Assembly: GCF_002075285.3 (NCBI RefSeq) | Contig: NZ_CP021983.2 | Coordinates: 4,980,001-5,012,000 of the forward strand | DNA length: 32,000 nucleotides | Reading direction: 5' to 3' | Source: Halomicronema hongdechloris C2206 | Lineage (GTDB): Bacteria > Cyanobacteriota > Cyanobacteriia > Phormidesmidales > Phormidesmidaceae | Part shown: piece after piece, positions 27,281-32,000 of the stretch | Layout: each line of letters opens with the position of its first letter | Numbering within the stretch: position 1 is the stretch's first letter | Notes under the pieces: model-generated | What the model saw: the letters and a program-made list of their open reading frames with translations, nothing else | Told to the model about the DNA's origin: nothing | The model's database searches: none | Translations under genes and position numbers: made by a program

Positions 27281-28156
27281 CTAGGCCTCTCGCTCTGCCA
27301 ACAGCTCAGCTACATTTTGGTGGCGATCTTCGGCAGTGGCCATCACGGTCGGCATATCCTTGAGCATTTCGCCCGGGTATTTCTCTAACACCTTAGTGGA
27401 TAGAGAAATCCGCTGGCGAACGTCATCGAGATCGACGATCACGGTTTTGATGGATTGGCCAATTTGGAATAGGTGAGCAATGGAATCGACGTAGCTTTTA
27501 CTGATTTGGTTGATATGCAGCAGTCCGGTGACACCATCAAACTCCACGAAGGCGCCGAAGGGCTTGAGCCCTGTGATGGTGCCCTCTACCAGTTGGCCGA
27601 TTTCTAGGGTGGCCATGGCCTGGCTGCGGGCCGCCTGCCGCTGCGACAGCACTAGCTTGTTGCGCTCGGGCGAGACTTCCAGCAGGCTCACCCGTAGGGT
27701 TTGGCCGACTAGGGCTTCTAGGTCGTCGGCTGCCAGCAGATGCGATCGCGGAATAAAGGCCCGTAACCCTTCCACATCGGCCAGCACCCCGCCCTTGTTG
27801 GTGCCAGTAACTTTGACCTCCAGGGTGGCATTGTCGGCTTGCCAGGTGGCCAGCTTTTCCCACAGGGCCTGCAGCTGTAATTGCCGCAATGAGAGTAACA
27901 CCTGACCGTCAGCGTCTTGATCGCGAATGACCAGAAAGTCGTAACTGTCCCCGGCGGTCAGTACATCCTCTAGGTGAGATAGACGTTTTAGGGAGGCTTC
28001 TCGTAGCGGCAAAAAGGCCGCAGCCTTGCCGCCAATGTCCACATAGGCCCCATCTGAGTCCATAGCGATCACCATCCCCTGCACCACACTGCCCGTTTGA
28101 AAATGGTAGTCGTGCTGTTCGAGGGCCTTAGCGAAGTCTTCCGCAGAAAAAGTCAA
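27281..28156 (-). CDS. Ribosomal protein S1-like protein with three S1 domains (the short cyanobacterial S1 paralog)
   Basis: S1/OB modules: GSVVQGMVIAMDSDGAYVDIGGKAAAFLP, EVKVTGTNKGGVLADVEGLRAFIPRSHL, GQLVEGTITGLKPFGAFVEFDGVTGLLHINQIS. TTG start at 28156, preceded by AGGAG with 9 nt spacing. Confidence 0.87.
   Translation of the reverse strand: MTFSAEDFAKALEQHDYHFQTGSVVQGMVIAMDSDGAYVDIGGKAAAFLPLREASLKRLSHLEDVLTAGDSYDFLVIRDQDADGQVLLSLRQLQLQALWEKLATWQADNATLEVKVTGTNKGGVLADVEGLRAFIPRSHLLAADDLEALVGQTLRVSLLEVSPERNKLVLSQRQAARSQAMATLEIGQLVEGTITGLKPFGAFVEFDGVTGLLHINQISKSYVDSIAHLFQIGQSIKTVIVDLDDVRQRISLSTKVLEKYPGEMLKDMPTVMATAEDRHQNVAELLAEREA
27742..27749. repeat. HIP1 octamer GCGATCGC
   Basis: Perfect copy read directly. 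Confidence 0.95.
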
Positions 28157-28295
28157 GCCGACGATCTCCTGAATGCCAACTGAGTCGGAGCCGAGTCCGA
28201 TTAGTAGTATTCACTATAGCAAGGGACTTCCCTATCTCCATAGGCTGAGCCTCTGGCAGGGGGTACACCATGGCTCGTTGACGGCCTGATCATGT

Positions 28296-29336
28296 CTATA
28301 CTGAGCCTGGCATCGGGTCTCTGAGGGAACGGCTGGCAGGATAGCTACAGAAGGTGGGCAAATGGCTGGCGGCTCTCTGGCGCAGTTGCTTGATGCGATA
28401 CATGCGCTCGTCGGCAGTGGCAATGGTGGTTTGTAGCGAATGGCGGGGATCACGGCTGGCCCATCCCAAGGACATCTGGATACCTCCCGCTTCTATGGAG
28501 TCTAAGATCCGTTGGGCAAAGGATTCGGCATCAGAGGCTGCCATTTCCACCGCTAGAATGGCGAATTCATCGCCTCCCAAACGAGCTACCACGTCTGAGG
28601 CCCGTACCGTCTGACGGAGATGGTTGGCGGCTGCCATGATCACCTGATCTCCGGCTTGATGCCCCAGGGTGTCGTTGATCTGCTTCAGCCAGTCTAGATC
28701 TAAGACAAAGATGGTAGCCGGGCTGCCATAGCGGCGGCAACGTTCTTCTTCGGTGGCCATTAAGAGATCCCAACCACGGCGGTTATAAAGCCCGGTCATG
28801 CTATCGGTATGGGCTTGCAGTTGGGCATGCTCTAGGCGGCGGACCATTTCCTGAGCCTGGAGGTCCTGCTCAATCAGGGTAGATAGAAAGCGAGCCTGTA
28901 GTTGCAGAAAGGGCAATTCATGATGCAGCCGGTCGGGTTGGGGCTGCGGATCGATGGCACAGAGGGTGCCAAACAGGTGGCCGTCCGGCCGCAGCAAGGG
29001 CATACCGATGTAGGCCTGAATCTCTACCTGCTGGCCGATGGGAGCCTCCAGATAGGCGGCTACGGCCCGAGAGTCAGGAGCGATATTGGGACCGAATCCT
29101 TGTACCATGCGGGAGCAAAAGGAATCGCACCACCGAAACACCTGGCCCGGCTCGACCCCGTAGCCATGATCGTTACTGACCAGCACGATCCAGTCGTTGC
29201 CTTCGGTGCGGGTCACCATCCACAGTTGAAACCCCAACCGATTGTGTAGCAAGGCCAGGGTCTGGTGAGTAGCTTCTGCTAAATTCTGAAACGGGGTCAG
29301 TGCAGCAGATAATGGTGTCGGCGAAGTGGTGGTCAT
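28296..29336 (-). CDS. GAF-domain sensor diguanylate cyclase (canonical GGDEF, intact I-site)
   Basis: RASDVVARLGGDEFAIL has RxxD five residues before GGDEF. Also DSMTGLYNRRGW and an N-terminal GAF-like region. The start is ATG 29336 or GTG 29378. Confidence 0.87.
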   Translation of the reverse strand: MTTTSPTPLSAALTPFQNLAEATHQTLALLHNRLGFQLWMVTRTEGNDWIVLVSNDHGYGVEPGQVFRWCDSFCSRMVQGFGPNIAPDSRAVAAYLEAPIGQQVEIQAYIGMPLLRPDGHLFGTLCAIDPQPQPDRLHHELPFLQLQARFLSTLIEQDLQAQEMVRRLEHAQLQAHTDSMTGLYNRRGWDLLMATEEERCRRYGSPATIFVLDLDWLKQINDTLGHQAGDQVIMAAANHLRQTVRASDVVARLGGDEFAILAVEMAASDAESFAQRILDSIEAGGIQMSLGWASRDPRHSLQTTIATADERMYRIKQLRQRAASHLPTFCSYPASRSLRDPMPGSV

Positions 29337-29459
29337 GGCAGCTACAGGATGACGGGATCCTGACCAGGTACCTCTCACCTGAGAATACCCAAGCCTATGG
29401 AGTTATTATCGTCACCTGCCCCGACTCCGTGATCGGCGTCACTGACAATTCTCAAATCT

Positions 29460-30200
29460 TTACAATTTTTGTCGAAACAGTTGCATCACCTGATTCCAGG
29501 CATCGGCAGCGGCTTCGGGATGGTAGCTATCCCGCTGGTCGCAAAAGAAGCCGTGGCTGGCCCCCTGGTAGCGGAAAATCTGATGGGGGATGCCGTGCTG
29601 TTTCAAGGCAGCTTCGATCTGATCGACGTCTGTCAGGGGAATCAGGGGGTCTTCGGTGCCGAAGAAACCATACAAGGTGCCTGTGATCTCGGCGGTACGA
29701 CTAATGGTGGGCTCGCCACCACCAGGGGTAAAGCTGGGGATGCCAGCCCCATAGAAACAGGCGGCAGCCTGAATATCAGGCAGGGTGGCGGCTAGATAGG
29801 TGACGTGGCCGCCAAAGCAGAAGCCGATACAACCCATGCCGCCGGCCTTAATTTGGGCCAGGGTGCGGAGGTGGTCGATGGCAGCTTGGATGTCGCTGAG
29901 CAGTTCCGCGGCCTTGGTGCCGTTTTTATAGCGGCGCCCGAGTTCTAGGTCTTCTGGACCATAGCCGACTTCAAAGCCAGGGGCCTGGCGATGATAAATG
30001 TGGGGTGCGATCGCACCATAGCCAGCCCGGGCAAAGCGTTCGGTGACGTCCCGGATATGGGCATTGACGCCAAAGACTTCCTGAATCACGATCACGCCGG
30101 GGTAAGGGCCAGTGCCCTCCGGTTCGGCTAAATAGGCGGGAATCTGCCAGTCGCCGCTGGTCAGCTCGACAGTGGTGGTCTGAATTGCTGCTGAGGTCAT
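29460..30200 (-). CDS. Dienelactone hydrolase family protein
   Basis: 246 aa alpha/beta hydrolase with a Cys nucleophile elbow (GCIGFCFGG). The Asp (FGTEDPLIP) and His (YQGASHGF) are in the usual DLH order. Confidence 0.88.
   Translation of the reverse strand: MTSAAIQTTTVELTSGDWQIPAYLAEPEGTGPYPGVIVIQEVFGVNAHIRDVTERFARAGYGAIAPHIYHRQAPGFEVGYGPEDLELGRRYKNGTKAAELLSDIQAAIDHLRTLAQIKAGGMGCIGFCFGGHVTYLAATLPDIQAAACFYGAGIPSFTPGGGEPTISRTAEITGTLYGFFGTEDPLIPLTDVDQIEAALKQHGIPHQIFRYQGASHGFFCDQRDSYHPEAAADAWNQVMQLFRQKL
30007..30014. repeat. HIP1 octamer GCGATCGC
   Basis: Perfect copy read directly (context gtGCGATCGCac). Confidence 0.95.
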
Positions 30201-30266
30201 GGGATCTGCGGAGTAAATGCGCCATCATACCCTAAGGTATCGTGACGCCGATCGGAGCAACAGACC

Positions 30267-30587
30267 ATGACCCTTGCCGTCGGAATCATTGAAACCCTGG
30301 GGCTACCTGCTGCTATGGAGGCCGCCGATGCCATGGCCAAGGGGGCTCGGGTAGAGGTGGTGCGGATGGATACCACTGATGCTGGCTTGATCAGCATCAT
30401 CGTGCGGGGACCCGTTGCCGAGGTCAGCCAGGCCATTACCGCGGGTTGCCAACGAATTCGGCAGGTTGAGGCAGGGACCTGGGTGGGCCACCACATGGTG
30501 CCCTGCCCTGATGGTCAGGAAGAGGCCGCCCTACCGTTGCTGCGCCGCCAGAGAGACCCCGATCTATCCTCCACCTGGCTAGACTGA
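30267..30587 (+). CDS. ccmK3: BMC-H (Pfam00936-type) microcompartment shell protein, CcmK3-like
   Basis: Sequence: MTLAVGIIETLGLPAAMEAADAMAKGARVEVVRMDTTDAGLISIIVRGPVAEVSQAITAG...GHHMVPCPDGQ. The canonical BMC core is IETxGxxxxxEAADAMxK. The RGP(V)xEV and (I/M)VPxP features resemble CcmK3 rather than CcmK1/2/4. The CcmK3 assignment is from memory. Confidence 0.7.
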   Translation: MTLAVGIIETLGLPAAMEAADAMAKGARVEVVRMDTTDAGLISIIVRGPVAEVSQAITAGCQRIRQVEAGTWVGHHMVPCPDGQEEAALPLLRRQRDPDLSSTWLD

Positions 30588-30836
30588 CCCCTAGTTAGTT
30601 ATCCTGCCCCTGGTGACGGCTGGGGTAGCCGATGAATGTGCGGATTATGGCGATCGTGTCATGAATTGGGTAGCAGGGCACTGTATCTATAGGGTGGAGC
30701 CCTTTAGCCGGCTGCCGAGTTGATAATGAGAGCCCTGGTGTAGCCATCGGTACCTCCAAAAGATGGGAGGATATGGCTGCGGGGGCAGTCTATCGAGGAG
30801 GATTGGTTCCTCTGGCAGATGTAATGAGGTGTGGTC

Positions 30837-31820
30837 GTGGTTCAGTTTCACATTCAGCCCGATAGCGATATTCCCGCTTCTACCCAGCTTTATGATCAGA
30901 TCTGGTTTGCGATCGCATCCCGTCAATATCCCCCCGGCTACCGCCTGCCCAGCACCCGTCAACTGGCCATGCAAACCGGCCTACATCGCAACACCATCAG
31001 CAAAGTCTACCGACAGCTAGAAGAAGCCGGTGTCGTCGAAGCCCATCCTGGCTCCGGTATTTACGTCCGCGAAAGCAACGTCGAGAGTGCCCGCCTGGCC
31101 TCTCCCCTGTGGGAAGAGTTTCCCAACGCTCGCAGTACCGTTGAAGCCAGCCTCGACGAGCTGTTGCGCCAAGGCTGTTCCCTGCACCAGGCCCGGGAGT
31201 TGTTTCTAGCCGAAATCGATTGGCGCCTGCGCTGCAGTGCCCAGGTCTTGGTCACCACCATGCGCCAGGATATGGGAGCAGGGGAACTGATGACCCGAGA
31301 GCTAGAAGCCGCCCTCAACATCCCGGTGCAGTTGGTGCCCTTAGAAGAACTAGAGGACGTCCTGGCCCAAACCCGCTCCGGCACAGTGGTCACCAGTCGT
31401 TACTTCATCACTGAAGCCGAAGCCATCGCTGCCCCTAAATCGGTACGGGTGATTCCCATCGACATCTATAACTACGCCAAGGAACTGGAGATGCTGAAAG
31501 ACCTGCCTAGTGGCACCAGCTTAGGCATGGTCAGTCTCAGCACCGGCATTCTACGGGCCGCCGAAGTGATTGCCTACAGTCTCAAAGGCGACGACATTCT
31601 GTTGATGACGGCCCAGGCCGAGGATGCCGTTAAACTCAATGCCCTAGTGCGCAACTCCCAAACCATCGTCGTCTTCGACCAGGCCAGTCTGCCAGCCCTG
31701 AAACGGGCCATTGCCTCTGCCCGCGACGATCTAATCCGTCCCCCTCAGCTAGTGGTCTGTGGCAACTACATCGATGCCGACTCAATCACGCTACTGAAGC
31801 GCGAGCTGGGTCTTGATTAA
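30837..31820 (+). CDS. plmA: GntR-family transcriptional regulator, cyanobacterial PlmA subfamily
   Basis: N-terminal wHTH: VQFHIQPDSDIPASTQLYDQIWFAIASRQYPPGYRLPSTRQLAMQTGLHRNTISKVYRQLEEAGVVEAHPGSGIYV. About 328 aa with a non-standard C-terminal domain. I prefer GTG 30837 (GAGG 7 nt upstream); GTG 30831 is also possible. Confidence 0.8.
   Translation: MVQFHIQPDSDIPASTQLYDQIWFAIASRQYPPGYRLPSTRQLAMQTGLHRNTISKVYRQLEEAGVVEAHPGSGIYVRESNVESARLASPLWEEFPNARSTVEASLDELLRQGCSLHQARELFLAEIDWRLRCSAQVLVTTMRQDMGAGELMTRELEAALNIPVQLVPLEELEDVLAQTRSGTVVTSRYFITEAEAIAAPKSVRVIPIDIYNYAKELEMLKDLPSGTSLGMVSLSTGILRAAEVIAYSLKGDDILLMTAQAEDAVKLNALVRNSQTIVVFDQASLPALKRAIASARDDLIRPPQLVVCGNYIDADSITLLKRELGLD
30909..30916. repeat. 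HIP1 octamer GCGATCGC
   Basis: Perfect copy read directly. Confidence 0.95.
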
Positions 31821-31844
31821 CCGGCTGTGCCCGGGCGCAGCCGG
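31821..31844 (+). terminator. GC-rich stem-loop immediately after the plmA stop codon (possible intrinsic terminator or 3'-end stabiliser; no U-tract)
   Basis: CCGGCTGTGC-CCGG-GCGCAGCCGG forms a 10-bp stem (one G.U pair) with a 4-nt loop, starting 1 nt after TAA 31818..31820. It is followed by ATGAATTGAA, which is not T-rich. Confidence 0.4.
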
Positions 31845-32000
31845 ATGAATTGAACGCTTATAGTGCTGGCCAGTCAGCTTAGGACATGGTTGATCGTCCA
31901 ATAGCCTAGTCTAGGGGGGGGCTTCAGTCGGTAGAGTCTTTTCGAGAAAACACCTTAATCCTACGGGATGATGGCCCTTCACTATTATCCGATTCAGGTA

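Noticed and set aside
30197-30496. 99-aa minus-strand ORF
   Set aside because: It is antisense to the BMC-domain gene, whose frame carries an unmistakable BMC core.
31914-31938. tRNA-like D-arm sequence (GGGGGGGCTTCAGTCGGTAGAGTC)
   Set aside because: Only the D-loop-like TCAGTCGGTAGAG is present. There is no GTTCRANYC T-loop, no 7-nt anticodon loop with a 5-bp stem, and no complementary acceptor 3' half before the window ends.
31968-32000. Possible gene start ATGATGGCCCTTCACTATTATCCGATTCAGGTA at the window end
   Set aside because: Only 11 codons are visible, there is no clear SD, and nothing can be said about the product.

Overview
This window reads as ordinary chromosomal DNA of a cyanobacterium. 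Two things support that. The HIP1 octamer GCGATCGC occurs 15 times. The gene content is typical: an RRM-type Rbp upstream of rpsU, a plant-type ferredoxin, a CcmK-like BMC shell protein, a PlmA-type GntR regulator, a Tab2 homologue, UbiD and a pentapeptide-repeat protein. I count 31 protein-coding loci, tightly packed on both strands: 30 apparently intact (one cut by the window edge) and one disrupted. I found no rRNA, tRNA, CRISPR array, transposase, integrase or phage-like gene. I do not see a self-contained new multi-gene defence or mobile system and will not claim one. The observations most worth a second look are: (1) a divergent pair of cyanobacteria-specific LpxB-related glycosyltransferase paralogs, one of which carries three single-base frame changes at short C/G runs in its first ~170 nt; (2) an exbB-exbD-exbD cluster where the first ExbD has Asn in place of the essential transmembrane Asp and the second keeps Asp; (3) a solitary CcmK3-like BMC-H gene with an acidic pore motif and no ccmK4 partner, next to plmA; (4) a translationally coupled hybrid histidine kinase and REC-GGDEF-EAL pair, with a degenerate receiver on the kinase and a degenerate GGDEF (intact I-site, intact EAL) on the regulator; (5) an 8-bp anti-SD/SD hairpin in the leader of the rbp-rpsU cluster; (6) two short tandem-repeat arrays in the promoter region of an orphan Dam methylase. 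All family assignments come from motif recognition by eye, not from database searches.
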